Program-made: the position numbers and the translations under genes
Part shown: piece by piece, positions 46,983-58,024 of the stretch
How positions within the stretch are numbered: the first letter of the stretch is position 1
Layout: each line of letters opens with the position of its first letter
The notes under the pieces: model-generated
What the model saw: only the letters and a program-made list of their open reading frames with translations
Database searches by the model: none
What the model was told of the DNA's origin: nothing
Source of the DNA: an uncultured Latescibacterota bacterium
Lineage (GTDB): Bacteria > Latescibacterota > UBA2968 > UBA8231
Reading direction: 5' to 3'
Assembly (NCBI GenBank): GCA_951813615.1
Contig: OX638377.1
Location: forward strand, 4,762,505 to 4,826,504
DNA length: 64,000 nt

Positions 46983-48059
46983 TCAGCCGCTGTGCAGGAC
47001 TATCTCGCGGTCGGCGCCGCGCAACGGCAGTTCGACCCAGCCACCGCCAGCGCGGTGGGAGGCGTGAAAGGCAATGAGCGCCTCTAGCGTGCGCACGGCT
47101 TCCCTCGCATCGTAGGAGAAGGGGCCCTCCCCCTCGAGCCAATTGACAATCTCGACTACGGCGCGATCCATGCCGCTGTCCGGGGAGTCGTCGGGCAGGA
47201 ACTCGCGGTCGTCGCCGCGCACGATCTCAATGTCGCGGTTGCGGCAGATGGCGTAGCCCTCGGTGCCGTGGAAGCGATGGCGCGGTGGTGCGGTGCCGTA
47301 GTCGGCCGCGTCAACCGTGCAGATCAAATCGCCCTGCGGCGCGCCATCGACCGCGGGTAAGTCGCGTCCGAGGCGCAGCAGGCCCCAGCCGCCGGGATCG
47401 GTGAAGGCACCGCCACGGCAGTCGGGTTTCCCCGACAGGTCGAGGGTGCCGGATACCGCGGTCACCGGCAGGCCGGTGGCCATCTGCACGGCGTCGATCA
47501 TGTGCGTGCCGACGTTGCCGAGGCGGCCAGAGGTCCACTGGAGCGAGGCCGAGGTCAGCGTGCCGAGGGCACCAGCGGCGATGCGGTCGCGCAGCGCCCG
47601 ATAGCCGGGGTGGAAACGCAGGTTGTGGTTGATGACCAGCAGGGCACCGGCCTTGTTGCAGGTGGAGAGCATGCCCTCGGCCTCGGCGACCGTCGCCGCA
47701 ATGGGCTTTTCGCAGTAGATGGCGCGGGCACCGGCTTCTATGGCCGCTTGGGTAATCTCGGCGTGGACGGGGGTGTACGTGGCGATCGAGACGATGTCCA
47801 AGGGCGCGGCTGCGCGGAACATCTCGCGCCAGTCGGCAAATGTGGGCACGCCGTAGCGCGCGTGGAAGCGCTCGCGCCGCCCGTCGTCGCGGCTGCTGCC
47901 GGCGACTAAATCGACCCGGTCGTGGTTGCGCAGTGCCCCCACGTGCGTGCCGTCGAGGTCCTCGACGAGCTGGCCGAGGGCGTCGCCCGAGACCTGATCT
48001 GCACCTCCGATGAAGCCCAATCCTACGATTGCTGCACGGTATTTCGTTTCTCCTGCCAT
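46983..48059 (-). CDS. Gfo/Idh/MocA family oxidoreductase
   Basis: AIVGLGFIG, CEKPIA, GTHMID. ATG 48059 follows GGAGG. Confidence 0.87.
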   Translation of the reverse strand: MAGETKYRAAIVGLGFIGGADQVSGDALGQLVEDLDGTHVGALRNHDRVDLVAGSSRDDGRRERFHARYGVPTFADWREMFRAAAPLDIVSIATYTPVHAEITQAAIEAGARAIYCEKPIAATVAEAEGMLSTCNKAGALLVINHNLRFHPGYRALRDRIAAGALGTLTSASLQWTSGRLGNVGTHMIDAVQMATGLPVTAVSGTLDLSGKPDCRGGAFTDPGGWGLLRLGRDLPAVDGAPQGDLICTVDAADYGTAPPRHRFHGTEGYAICRNRDIEIVRGDDREFLPDDSPDSGMDRAVVEIVNWLEGEGPFSYDAREAVRTLEALIAFHASHRAGGGWVELPLRGADREIVLHSG

Positions 48060-48072
48060 GGTATTCCTCCTA

Positions 48073-49221
48073 TCAGACTTTGAGGCCGAGCACGCGCGCG
48101 CAGGTCCCACCCATAATCGCCGCCAGATCCTCGGCCGAGAGGAACTCGCAGTAGTCCTCAATCCAGCGGCGCGACTGGCGATAGGTGCAAAACCGGTTCT
48201 GGAAGGGCATATCCGTGCCCCACAGCAGCCGCTCGGCACCAATGCGCTCGACCATCTGCTCAAGCGTCGGCCACAGTTCGCGGTACGGGTAGTCGAACAA
48301 GTCGCCGAGGCGCACCGGGAAGCAGACTTCTAAGCTCAGATTCGGATTGTCGAAGGGAGCCCATATCTCGTCGGGCAGTTCAATTCGACTCGGAAAACCG
48401 GCGGGATCGTCGTCGAGGAAGAGACGCCACGGGAAGCCGTGCGTGAGGCTGCACAACACGTCCGGGTAACGCTCCATCCAGCGCACCAAGATGTCGAGCT
48501 CGGCCAAGTAACCGCGACGACGGCTCTCCACCGTCTGCAACACCGACGCTTCGCCCGGCCCGGTGCCGAGCGTAAAGAACACGGGCACGCCGAGCGTGGC
48601 CACGGCCTCCCAGAACGGACGCAGGTGCTCCCCGTCCCACGGATCGGAGCGATAGTAGTAGGCGTGAGGCGGGTTGAACTTGATCGCGTGCAGACCGTGC
48701 TGCTCGACGGCGGCGACCGTCTCGGCGATGACGGCATCAAGTTCACCGGCCAAGCGCCACTCATCAACCGGAGCCATCGAATAAATGCGCGCTGGATCGA
48801 CGGCGACCGACTCCGCCTGGAAGACTGGATCACGGCCCAGCATGGCATCGACGTGCAACAGGACTTTATCGACGCCAGCATAGTCCATCTCGGCCAGCAA
48901 GTTGTGAGGCGTGTACTCCAAGTGGGGCAAGTTGGGCGGATAGAACTGCTTGGTGAAATCCTCGCCGTCAATCGTCCACACCACCCGTCCCTTGTCGTGG
49001 TCAACACGAAAGTTGACGTCGGGCAGGTTGTCGAAATCCATGGCCCCACCGGGAGCGGCCAGCACATCGGAAGAGGCCGGTGCGCGGTCGCGGATGCGCC
49101 AAGCGGGCTGGTGATGGGAGGCCTGACCGCCCTGGACCCAGCGGAGGTGATCAGCAGCCGTAGGGTGCCCGGCAGGAGAGTCGGCGGGAGGGAAGCAGTA
49201 GGCATGAGAATCGATGATCAT
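48073..49221 (-). CDS. Amidohydrolase family protein
   Basis: IIDSHA, THG, LLWGTDMP. Confidence 0.8.
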   Translation of the reverse strand: MIIDSHAYCFPPADSPAGHPTAADHLRWVQGGQASHHQPAWRIRDRAPASSDVLAAPGGAMDFDNLPDVNFRVDHDKGRVVWTIDGEDFTKQFYPPNLPHLEYTPHNLLAEMDYAGVDKVLLHVDAMLGRDPVFQAESVAVDPARIYSMAPVDEWRLAGELDAVIAETVAAVEQHGLHAIKFNPPHAYYYRSDPWDGEHLRPFWEAVATLGVPVFFTLGTGPGEASVLQTVESRRRGYLAELDILVRWMERYPDVLCSLTHGFPWRLFLDDDPAGFPSRIELPDEIWAPFDNPNLSLEVCFPVRLGDLFDYPYRELWPTLEQMVERIGAERLLWGTDMPFQNRFCTYRQSRRWIEDYCEFLSAEDLAAIMGGTCARVLGLKV

Positions 49222-49667
49222 GGGCAGTACCTTAGTAATCGCGTCAGGAAAGTCGAAGGAAGAGTATATCTCTTTGAGAAGGATGTCAACGAAAGGAGCT
49301 CTAGCGCACCGACTTCAAGGATCTAGCACAGCTTGACCCACCATTAGAAACACTGTTTATTCGGTCCTATCTACTGTCGCCTCCAACCTTGCGCAACCGG
49401 CTCCCATCACCCCAAGACATGCTCTGCGCCGAAATGAAAGCCATTGACCGATACCATAAATGGGTCAGGGTATCGAGTATATATCGGCCAATGTCCGGAC
49501 TTGATTGCGGAGATCCACGGTGACGATCCACTGCAAGTTAGGAGGGATTGTGTGAAGTCATAGCAGACGTTATTGCGTCTCAGGGGCGTCCACTTCCATA
49601 ACTCCGAGTACGACCTGTACAGAGTGCCGAAGGAGTGACCTCTGGGCCATTACCGTGGAGAAAAACC

Positions 49668-50858
49668 ATGTTCATAGAACGAGCAATGGCGCGAATACTG
49701 CTAGCACTAGTAGCGATGGCGATTGCAGCCTCGGCTTGGGGGGATGAGATCGGCGGGTCGGGACGGCTACCCGTCGGGACGGTAGCTGTTGAAGACGGAG
49801 AAACGGATGCCCTCACCGATATGCTGCGCTCTGAAGAGCTGAGCTTAGGTCTGATCGTAGGGGCGTTGGCGCTGGCCCTTTTCCTCGGCGCGGCGCACGG
49901 CCTAGAGCCGGGGCACGGCAAAACCATCGTCGCCGCCTATCTCGTCGGCGCGCGCGGCACCGTGGGCAATGCCCTTTTCCTCGGCGGGGTAGTCGCCCTC
50001 ACGCATACTTCTAGCGTCATTTTGTTGGGTCTAGTAGCACTCTTTGCCTCCCAGTACATCCTGCCGGAACAGATCTTCCCTTGGCTCGGTACGGCGTCCG
50101 GTTTCCTGATCATGGGGCTAGGCACATGGCTTTTGGTCAATCACCTTAGAGGTCGCATCCCTGGTCACAGCCACTCTCATGGGGGACAGCTCCACGGACA
50201 CAGCCATGAAGAAGAGCATCTCCACGAGCACGTCCACAGCCACGCCCATGGAGAGTATCTCCACGGACACAGCCATGAAGAAGAGTTTCTCCACCAGCAC
50301 GTCTATAGCTACTCCCTTGAGGAGCATCTTCACGAACACGGCCATGAAGAAGAGCATCTCCATGAGCACGTCCACAGCCACGCCCATGGGGAACATCATC
50401 ACGAACCCAGCCATACCCGCGAAGAGGAATATCACCACGGACATGGCCATAGCCATGAAGAAGGGCACCACGGCCACCACGATCACCCTCATGGGGAACA
50501 TCATCACGGCCACGGTCATACCCATGAAATACCCGACAAAGTGACCCTCGGCAGTTTGCTAACGCTGGGGATTTCCGGCGGTATCGTGCCTTGTACGGGA
50601 GCCTTGGTGATCCTGTTGCTGGCGGTGGCCTTGCATCGCGTCGCCTTTGGTTTGCTGCTTTTGGTGGCCTTCAGCGTCGGACTGGCGGCAGTCCTCATCG
50701 CCATCGGCGTGCTCATCGTCAAGGCGCGACCGCTCGTGGAGCGCTTCTCGGGCGATGGCCGCTGGATTCAGCGGCTGCCCATTGCCAGTGCAGCAGTCAT
50801 CATCGTCGTCGGCTTCGTCATAACGCTCAGAACGCTAATGCACTCGGGGATTATGTAG
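49668..50858 (+). CDS. RcnA/NiCoT-like nickel/cobalt transporter with a long His-rich loop
   Basis: HGLEPGHGKT, THTSSV, His-rich linker, GISGGIVPC, FSVGLA. Confidence 0.88.
   Translation: MFIERAMARILLALVAMAIAASAWGDEIGGSGRLPVGTVAVEDGETDALTDMLRSEELSLGLIVGALALALFLGAAHGLEPGHGKTIVAAYLVGARGTVGNALFLGGVVALTHTSSVILLGLVALFASQYILPEQIFPWLGTASGFLIMGLGTWLLVNHLRGRIPGHSHSHGGQLHGHSHEEEHLHEHVHSHAHGEYLHGHSHEEEFLHQHVYSYSLEEHLHEHGHEEEHLHEHVHSHAHGEHHHEPSHTREEEYHHGHGHSHEEGHHGHHDHPHGEHHHGHGHTHEIPDKVTLGSLLTLGISGGIVPCTGALVILLLAVALHRVAFGLLLLVAFSVGLAAVLIAIGVLIVKARPLVERFSGDGRWIQRLPIASAAVIIVVGFVITLRTLMHSGIM
50190..50400 (+). repeat. Three 69-bp coding repeats within the His-rich loop
   Basis: CT(C/T)CACG(G/A)ACAC(A/G)GCCATGAAGAAGAG at 50190, 50259 and 50328. 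Confidence 0.85.
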
Positions 50859-50938
50859 GGGAGCGCCCATTGCATTGGGCACTGATCCCCGCTCAAGGTC
50901 GCCAGCGGCAAATGGCGCCCAATCCCAGTCACTCATAC

Positions 50939-50978
50939 AAAAAAGAAGGGGAACCTCGCAAGGAGGTCCCCCTTTTTT
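50939..50978. terminator. Bidirectional intrinsic terminator
   Basis: A-run, AAGGGGAACCTC/GAGGTCCCCCTT stem and T-run between convergent genes. Confidence 0.8.
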
Positions 50979-50996
50979 CGTACAACCTGCCGCCGC

Positions 50997-52490
50997 TCAG
51001 GGTAACTGCGTGCTGCCCATCAGATAGCGGTCCACCTCGCGGGCGGCACCCCTGCCCTCGTTGATCGCCCACACGACCAAGCTCTGGCCGCGCCGCATGT
51101 CGCCAGCGGCGAAGACTCCTTCGACGCTAGTGGCGTATTTCTCGTGCTCAGCACGGGCGTTGGAGCGCTCATCGCGCTCGACGCCTAGCTGTTCGATCAT
51201 CGCGTCCTCTGGCCCGCGAAACCCCATCGCCAACAGCACCAAGTCGGCCGGCCAAACCTTCTCGGTGCCCTCGATCGGCACGGGCGTGAAGCGGCCGTTT
51301 TCATCCTTATCCCATTCGATATTGACCGTGTGCAGCTCCTTGACGCGGCCCTCGTCGTTGCCGACGAACCGCTGGGTCATAATCAGATACGTGCGCGGAT
51401 CGTCGCCAAAGCGGGCTTTGGCTTCCTCTTGACCGTAGTCGAGCTTATAGACGTTGGGCCACTGCGGCCAGGGGTTGTCGGGCGCGCGCTCGTCCGGCGG
51501 CCGCGGCATGATCTCAAATTGCGAGAGTGTCTTGCATCCGTGGCGCATCGACGTGCCGACGCAGTCAGTGCCGGTGTCGCCGCCGCCGATGACGATCACG
51601 TGCTTGTCCTTGGCCGAGATGTAGTTGCCGTCCGCGTGATTGGAGTCGAGCAGGCTCTTGGTATTGGCGTGCAAAAAGTCCATCGCAAAGTAGATGCCCT
51701 GCAGATCCCGCCCTTCAATCGGCAGATCGTTGGGCTTGGTGGCCCCGCCGCAGAGAACCAGCGCGTCGTTTTCTTCCACTAGCTGCGTCGCCGGGAGATC
51801 CGCGCCGATCTCGGTGCGGGTGACGAACTTGACACCCTCCGCCTCCATCAGATCGACCCGACGCTGCACCACTTTTTTCTTGTCGAGCTTCATGTTAGGT
51901 ATTCCGTACATCAGCAGGCCGCCAATGCGATCGGCCCGCTCGTACACGGACACCCAGTGGCCAGCGCGATTGAGCTGGGCGGCACAGGCCAAACCCGCAG
52001 GACCGGAGCCGACGACGGCGACCTTCTTGCCGGTGCGCTTGTCGGGCGGCTCGGGCACAATCCAGCCCATCTCAAAGCCCTTATCGACAATCGCGCACTC
52101 GACGCTCTTGATCGTCACCGGCGGGGCGTTGATCCCCACCACGCAGGCCCCCTCGCAGGGCGCTGGGCAGACCCGGCCAGTAAACTCCGGGAAATTGTTG
52201 GTCTTGTGCAGCCGCTCCAGCGCTTCCTGCCACAATCCGCGATAAACTAAGTCGTTCCATTCGGGGATTAGGTTGTTGATCGGGCAGCCAGAGCCTTTGT
52301 CGCCCTGACTGACGATGTCGCCCAAGTGGCAGAAGGGGATGCCGCAGTCCATGCAGCGCGCACCCTGATCGCGCAGGCGCTCGTCGGGAAAGTGCTCGTG
52401 GAACTCGTCCCAGTCCGCGACGCGCTCTAACGGGTCGCGGTCTTGCGGCAACTCGCGTGCAAACTCGATGAATCCGGTGGGTTTACCCAT
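50997..52490 (-). CDS. gltD: Glutamate synthase small subunit
   Basis: [56 protein letters not shown]. Confidence 0.97.
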   Translation of the reverse strand: MGKPTGFIEFARELPQDRDPLERVADWDEFHEHFPDERLRDQGARCMDCGIPFCHLGDIVSQGDKGSGCPINNLIPEWNDLVYRGLWQEALERLHKTNNFPEFTGRVCPAPCEGACVVGINAPPVTIKSVECAIVDKGFEMGWIVPEPPDKRTGKKVAVVGSGPAGLACAAQLNRAGHWVSVYERADRIGGLLMYGIPNMKLDKKKVVQRRVDLMEAEGVKFVTRTEIGADLPATQLVEENDALVLCGGATKPNDLPIEGRDLQGIYFAMDFLHANTKSLLDSNHADGNYISAKDKHVIVIGGGDTGTDCVGTSMRHGCKTLSQFEIMPRPPDERAPDNPWPQWPNVYKLDYGQEEAKARFGDDPRTYLIMTQRFVGNDEGRVKELHTVNIEWDKDENGRFTPVPIEGTEKVWPADLVLLAMGFRGPEDAMIEQLGVERDERSNARAEHEKYATSVEGVFAAGDMRRGQSLVVWAINEGRGAAREVDRYLMGSTQLP

Positions 52491-52504
52491 TGATTTTTTT
52501 CCTA

Positions 52505-55500
52505 TTAGGACGCTTCGGCCATGGCCTCGCGGAAGGCGACTAGCGCGGCCTCGTCGCCGGTCAGTCCGCGTTCCTCGACGCGCTTGAAGGCGTTGAGCAT
52601 CTTGCGGTAATCGCGCGGCATGACCTTGACGAACTGGGGCAGCACCGCGTCCCATTGGTCCAAGACCCGCTGGCCAAGTGCGCTATTGGTGTGCTGCACG
52701 TGGCGCTCGATCATGGACCGCAACTCGGCGATGTCCTCGGCGTCCTCTACCGGCCCCATATCGGCCATCTCGTCGTTGAAGCGGATCGCAAAGTCGCCCC
52801 CTTCGTCGAGCACGTAGGCAATGCCGCCCGACATCCCAGCGCCAAAATTGCGCCCGGTGAGGCCCAGCACCACGACCCGCCCACCGGTCATGTACTCGCA
52901 GCCGTGGTCGCCGACGCCCTCTACTACGGCGCGGACGCCGCTGTTGCGCACGCAAAAGCGCTCACCAGCAATACCGTGGATATATGCCTCGCCGGAGGTA
53001 GCGCCATAGAAGGCGACGTTGCCGCAAATGATGTTCTCCCACGGCACGAAGGTTGATCCTTTAGGCGGATAGAGCACCAGCTTGGCTCCCGAAAGCCCCT
53101 TGCCGAAGTAGTCGTTGGCATCGCCTTCGACTTCCATAGTCAGACCCTTCGGAGTGAAGGCGGCAAAGCTCTGGCCAGCGGCACCCGTGAACTTGAGATG
53201 AATGGTGTCCTCGGGTAGCCCCTCGGGACCGTAGCGCCGCGTCACTTCGCTGCCAAGGATCGTGCCTACGACTCGGTTGGTATTCTCGATCGGCAATTCC
53301 GCCACGACCGACTCGCCGTTTTCAAGAGCCGGTTTGCACAACTCCAGCAAGGTGGTATTATCGAGCGCCTCGTCCAGCCCGTGATCCTGCGGGATCTGGC
53401 AGTAGCGCCCGACTTGAGGGCCGACCTCGGGCTGATGCAAGATCTGCGTCAAGTCGATGCCGGCTGTCTTCCACAACGCAATGGCCTTCTTGGGCTCGAG
53501 CTGGTCGGTGCGGCCAATCATCTCATTGACCGTGCGGAAGCCGAGCGCGGCCATGATTTCGCGCATGTCCTCGGCGACAAAGCGCAGGAAGTTGACCACG
53601 TGATCGGGGGTCCCCACGAATTTGTCGCGCAGCTCCGGGTTTTGGGTTGCCACGCCCACTGGGCAGGTGTCGAGATGGCAGACCCGCATCATAATGCAAC
53701 CCATCGCCACCAGCGCCGTGGTCGCGAAACCGAATTCCTCCGCGCCCAACAACGCAGCGACGACCACGTCGCGGCCGGTCTTGAGCTGGCCGTCGGTCTC
53801 GACGACGATGCGGCTGCGCAGATCGTTGAGCACCAGCGTCTGATGCGTCTCGGCCAGCCCCAGTTCCCAGGGCAGACCAGCGTGCTTAATCGAGGTCTGC
53901 GGCGAGGCCCCGGTGCCGCCGTCGTGGCCCGAAATCAGCACCACATCCGCGTGGCCCTTGGCTACCCCCGCGGCGACTGTGCCGACCCCGAACTCGGAGA
54001 CCAGCTTGACGTTGATCCGCGCATCGACATTTGAATTTTTGAGATCGTGGATTAGCTGTGCCAAATCTTCAATCGAGTAGATGTCGTGGTGCGGCGGCGG
54101 CGAGATCAGTTCGACGCCTGGGGTCGAGTGGCGCACCTTGGCGATCCAGGGATAGACCTTGGGGCCGGGCAACTCGCCGCCCTCGCCCGGCTTGGCGCCC
54201 TGAGCCATCTTGATTTGCAGTTCTTTGGCCTGAGTCAGGTAGTGACTCGTCACACCGAAGCGCCCGGAGGCCACCTGCTTAATGGCACTGTTTTTGGAGT
54301 CGCCGTTGGGCTCGATCACGTAGCGGGCCGGGTCTTCGCCGCCTTCGCCGGTATTGCTCTTGCCGCCGAGGCGGTTCATGGCGATGGCCAAATCTTCGTG
54401 TGCCTCTTTGCTAATCGAGCCGTAGGACATCGCCCCGCTCTTGAAGCGCCGGGTGATCTCCTCGACCGGCTCGACTTCCTCGATGGGTACCGACTCGACT
54501 TCGCCTTTGAACTCCAACAGGCTCCGCAAGGTCGCCAAGCGCTCGGACTGGTCGTTGATCAACTCGGCGTACTGCTTGTACACCGCGTAGTCATTGGCGC
54601 GCGACGCCCGCTGCAGCAGGTGGATCGTCTTGGGATTGAAGAGGTGATGCTCGCCGCCCTTGCGCCATTGGTAGTGCCCGCCCACGTCGAGGGTGCGGCC
54701 GTTGGTCGGGATCTGGGGGAAGGCCGCTTCGTGGCGCGCCAGAGCCTCGCGGGCAATGTCCTCAATACCCATGCCCTTCACCTGGGTCGTGGTCCAAGTA
54801 AAGTACTGATCAACCACTTCTTGGTTCAGCCCCACGGTCTCGAAAATCTGCGCCCCCCGATACGACTTGATCGTCGAAATGCCCATCTTGGCCATCACCT
54901 TGACCGTCCCCTTGATCGCCGCGTAGATGTAGCGCTCCTCGGCCTCCGCGTAGGTATAGTCCTCAAGCATGTTTTCGTGGATCATGTCGTTGAGGCTCTC
55001 AAACGCCATGTAGGGGTTGATCGCCTGCGCGCCGTAGCCCAACAGCAGACAGAAGTGATGTACCTCGCGCGGCTCGCCCGACTCGAGCGCCAAGCCGACG
55101 CGAGTGCGGGTCTCCAGCCGCACCAAGTGATGATGTACCCCGGACACGGCTAACAGCGCCGGGATCGGCACGTTGTCGGCATCTGCTTCCCGGTCTGAGA
55201 GGATGATTAGGTTACACCCCTCGGCGATGGCCGCATCGACTTGGGCGCAAAGCGCGTCCATAGCCTTGGCGAGACCGGCCTCGCCATCCTCGCGCTTGAA
55301 CAGGATCGGAATCGTCTCCGCCTTGTGGCCAAAGAGATCGACCTGCCGCAGCTTTTCCAACTCGTCGTTTTTGAGAATGGGCCGCTGCAAGGTGATCTGG
55401 CGGCAACTCGCCGGCTCGGGCACCAGCAAATTGCGCTCGGGGCCGATCTTGGTCTCGGCCGAGGTAATCAATTCCTCGCGCAGCGGATCAAGCGGGGGAT

Positions 55501-57091
55501 TGGTAACCTGGGCGAAGTGCTGCTTGAAGTAGTTGTAGAGAAGCTGCGGCCGCTCCGATAGCGCCGCCAGCGCCGCATCGTTGCCCATAGAGCCGACCGG
55601 ATCCTTGAGCACCTGGACCATCGGCTTGAGGAAGACGCGCAGGTCCTCAAAAGTATAGCCAAAAGCCTGCTGCCAGTGGAGCACCTCCTCGTGGCTTTCC
55701 AACAGGGGCGCGCCCTGGACTTCGGGCAGGTCTTCGAGTGCGACTAGGTTGGCGTCGAGCCAAGTCTTATAGGGATGCTCGGTGGCTATCTGGTGCTTGA
55801 TCTCCTCATCGCTGATGATCCGGCCCTTCTCCGTATCGATCAAAAGCATCCGGCCCGGTTGCAGCCGGCCTTTGAAGACGACGTCTTCCGGCGGAATACT
55901 CAGCACGCCCGTTTCCGAGGACAGCACCAAAATATCGTCTTTGGCAATGTAGTAGCGCGAGGGCCTGAAGCCGTTGCGGTCGAGCATGCCACCGACGACG
56001 GTGCCGTCGGTAAAGGCCACCGAAGCCGGCCCGTCCCACGGCTCCATCAGACAGCTATGGTACTCGTAAAAGGCCCGCTTCTCATCGCTCATGGTCTCGT
56101 GGTTTTCCCACGGCTCGGGAATCATCATCATCACCGCGTGCGCCAACGAGCGCCCCCCCAAGGTCAGCAGTTCGAGCGCATTGTCGAACTTGGCCGAATC
56201 AGAGCCGTCTTCGTGGATGATGGGGAAGAGCTTGTCGATGTCATCGCCAAAGTACTCGGACGCCAGCATTCCCTCGCGCGCGTGCATCCAGTTGCCGTTG
56301 CCGCGCACGGTGTTTATCTCGCCGTTGTGGATGATGTAGCGGTAGGGATGCGCCCGCTCCCAGCTTGGGAAGGTGTTGGTGCTAAAGCGCGAATGCACCA
56401 ACGCAATGGCCGCCTCGAAGCGCTCGTCGGTCAAGTCGGGAAAATAGTCCACGACTTGGTCGGAGATCAGCATGCCCTTGTAGACGATGGTTCGCGAAGA
56501 GAGGCTAGCCGGATAGAAGAAGTCTCCACCGGCGACTTCGCCGCTGTAGCGAATCGCGTTTTCAGCGCGCTTACAGATAACGTAGAGTTTGCGCTCAAAG
56601 GCCAGCGCATCGTCGCCTTGCACCTCGCCGCGACCGATGAAGACCTGACGCTGGAACGGCTCGCGCAGCTTGGCGGTGTGGCCCAAGGCGGCGTTGTGGG
56701 TGGGCACGTCTCGCCAGCCGAGGATGTGCTGGCCTTCTTCCTCGACGATGCGGGCGAAGTGGTCCTCGCAGGCTTGACGCGAGGCGGGATCGGGCGGCAA
56801 AAACAACATGCCCACTCCGTACTCACCCGGCGCAGGCAACGCAAAATCGCAGATGGCGCTAAAGAACTTGTGGGGCAACTGCACCAACATGCCGGCACCA
56901 TCGCCCGTATTGGCCTCGCAACCGCAGGCACCTCGGTGCTTGAGATGCTCCAAGACCTCTATCGCCTGGCGCACCACTTTGTGCGACTTGTGGCCCTTGA
57001 TGTTGACTACAAAGCCAATCCCGCAGGCGTCGCTTTCGCGGGCTGGGTCGTAAAGACCCTGCTTTTGTGGGTATCCGGGAATACGAGTCAT
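52505..57091 (-). CDS. gltB: Glutamate synthase large subunit
   Basis: [60 protein letters not shown]. Confidence 0.98.
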   Translation of the reverse strand: MTRIPGYPQKQGLYDPARESDACGIGFVVNIKGHKSHKVVRQAIEVLEHLKHRGACGCEANTGDGAGMLVQLPHKFFSAICDFALPAPGEYGVGMLFLPPDPASRQACEDHFARIVEEEGQHILGWRDVPTHNAALGHTAKLREPFQRQVFIGRGEVQGDDALAFERKLYVICKRAENAIRYSGEVAGGDFFYPASLSSRTIVYKGMLISDQVVDYFPDLTDERFEAAIALVHSRFSTNTFPSWERAHPYRYIIHNGEINTVRGNGNWMHAREGMLASEYFGDDIDKLFPIIHEDGSDSAKFDNALELLTLGGRSLAHAVMMMIPEPWENHETMSDEKRAFYEYHSCLMEPWDGPASVAFTDGTVVGGMLDRNGFRPSRYYIAKDDILVLSSETGVLSIPPEDVVFKGRLQPGRMLLIDTEKGRIISDEEIKHQIATEHPYKTWLDANLVALEDLPEVQGAPLLESHEEVLHWQQAFGYTFEDLRVFLKPMVQVLKDPVGSMGNDAALAALSERPQLLYNYFKQHFAQVTNPPLDPLREELITSAETKIGPERNLLVPEPASCRQITLQRPILKNDELEKLRQVDLFGHKAETIPILFKREDGEAGLAKAMDALCAQVDAAIAEGCNLIILSDREADADNVPIPALLAVSGVHHHLVRLETRTRVGLALESGEPREVHHFCLLLGYGAQAINPYMAFESLNDMIHENMLEDYTYAEAEERYIYAAIKGTVKVMAKMGISTIKSYRGAQIFETVGLNQEVVDQYFTWTTTQVKGMGIEDIAREALARHEAAFPQIPTNGRTLDVGGHYQWRKGGEHHLFNPKTIHLLQRASRANDYAVYKQYAELINDQSERLATLRSLLEFKGEVESVPIEEVEPVEEITRRFKSGAMSYGSISKEAHEDLAIAMNRLGGKSNTGEGGEDPARYVIEPNGDSKNSAIKQVASGRFGVTSHYLTQAKELQIKMAQGAKPGEGGELPGPKVYPWIAKVRHSTPGVELISPPPHHDIYSIEDLAQLIHDLKNSNVDARINVKLVSEFGVGTVAAGVAKGHADVVLISGHDGGTGASPQTSIKHAGLPWELGLAETHQTLVLNDLRSRIVVETDGQLKTGRDVVVAALLGAEEFGFATTALVAMGCIMMRVCHLDTCPVGVATQNPELRDKFVGTPDHVVNFLRFVAEDMREIMAALGFRTVNEMIGRTDQLEPKKAIALWKTAGIDLTQILHQPEVGPQVGRYCQIPQDHGLDEALDNTTLLELCKPALENGESVVAELPIENTNRVVGTILGSEVTRRYGPEGLPEDTIHLKFTGAAGQSFAAFTPKGLTMEVEGDANDYFGKGLSGAKLVLYPPKGSTFVPWENIICGNVAFYGATSGEAYIHGIAGERFCVRNSGVRAVVEGVGDHGCEYMTGGRVVVLGLTGRNFGAGMSGGIAYVLDEGGDFAIRFNDEMADMGPVEDAEDIAELRSMIERHVQHTNSALGQRVLDQWDAVLPQFVKVMPRDYRKMLNAFKRVEERGLTGDEAALVAFREAMAEAS

Positions 57092-57307
57092 TTTAATTTT
57101 CCTTGCTCAAGGTCCTATCGAGGTAACAGCAGAGCATAAGAGATACCTAGGTCGCGCCGACCAAAGGGACGACCTCGCACTCACGCTCGGAAGTTGCCAT
57201 CGGTTACTGCAGAAACGCCGCGCGCGCCGGTAGTAGAAAATACGCGCCCAGGCTAATGGACAGGACCGCCGTCTCGGTCTGTTCTGCCAAATTGTATAAG
57301 AGGGCTT

Positions 57308-57335
57308 AATATATGAAGTACCGCTACGTTGTCAA
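57308..57335 (-). promoter_or_regulatory. Sigma70-like promoter for gltBD
   Basis: TTGACA-16nt-TATATT on the minus strand, about 215 nt upstream of the ATG. Confidence 0.55.
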
Positions 57336-57442
57336 ACACCCTTACGCCACTTTCCACAACTTTCTTCAAACATCCCTTGACAGCACTATTGCATATGGCC
57401 TAAATTGCGCTAACTTTCACTTCAAACCGGATAATTCAGGCC

Positions 57443-58018
57443 ATGAGATGTTTTGACGAACAAGAGCGGCAGATCGTCCGCACCCTCATCCGCAACCCCC
57501 GCTGCTCGGACAACCGCATCAGCACCTTGACCGGCGTGCCGGTGCGCACCGTCAGCCGCAAGCGCGCCCGCCTCGAACAGGAAGACATCCTCTTCTACTA
57601 CGCGGCGGTCGATATGCAGGCCCAGGGCACGGGCCGCTTCGCGACCCAGCACATGCTCACCATCAAGTTCAAATTGGGCATCACCCGCAGCCAGATTGTG
57701 CAGGAAATCCGCTCCGAACCCAATGTCGCCAACGTCTTTAGCGAGCTAATTCGCGACAGCTATATCGCCGAAGTAGATGGCCACATCGCGCTGGTGATGG
57801 TCGTCGAAGGCGAGTCCGACAGCGACGTGGCCGAAAGTGTCCAAGGCAAGATCATTCCCTCGCTGCAAAAAAACCACGGCGAGGACTCGATCCAAGAGAT
57901 GCAAACCATCCGCCTGTTGGACCCCATCAGGCGGCTGCACAACTATTTGCCCATGGTAAATACGCAGGCGGGTTTCATCGTCGAATCTTGGCCCGACGAC
58001 GCTATTTTCGTCGAGTAA
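57443..58018 (+). CDS. Lrp/AsnC-like winged-helix transcriptional regulator
   Basis: N-terminal DEQERQIV..L..NPR.S...IS...GV...TV.RK..RLE pattern; divergent from gltB. Confidence 0.72.
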   Translation: MRCFDEQERQIVRTLIRNPRCSDNRISTLTGVPVRTVSRKRARLEQEDILFYYAAVDMQAQGTGRFATQHMLTIKFKLGITRSQIVQEIRSEPNVANVFSELIRDSYIAEVDGHIALVMVVEGESDSDVAESVQGKIIPSLQKNHGEDSIQEMQTIRLLDPIRRLHNYLPMVNTQAGFIVESWPDDAIFVE

Positions 58019-58024
58019 AGGCCC

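Noticed and set aside
54086-57139. 355-aa and 454-aa plus-strand ORFs
   Set aside because: Antisense shadows of gltB, expected with GC-rich codon bias.
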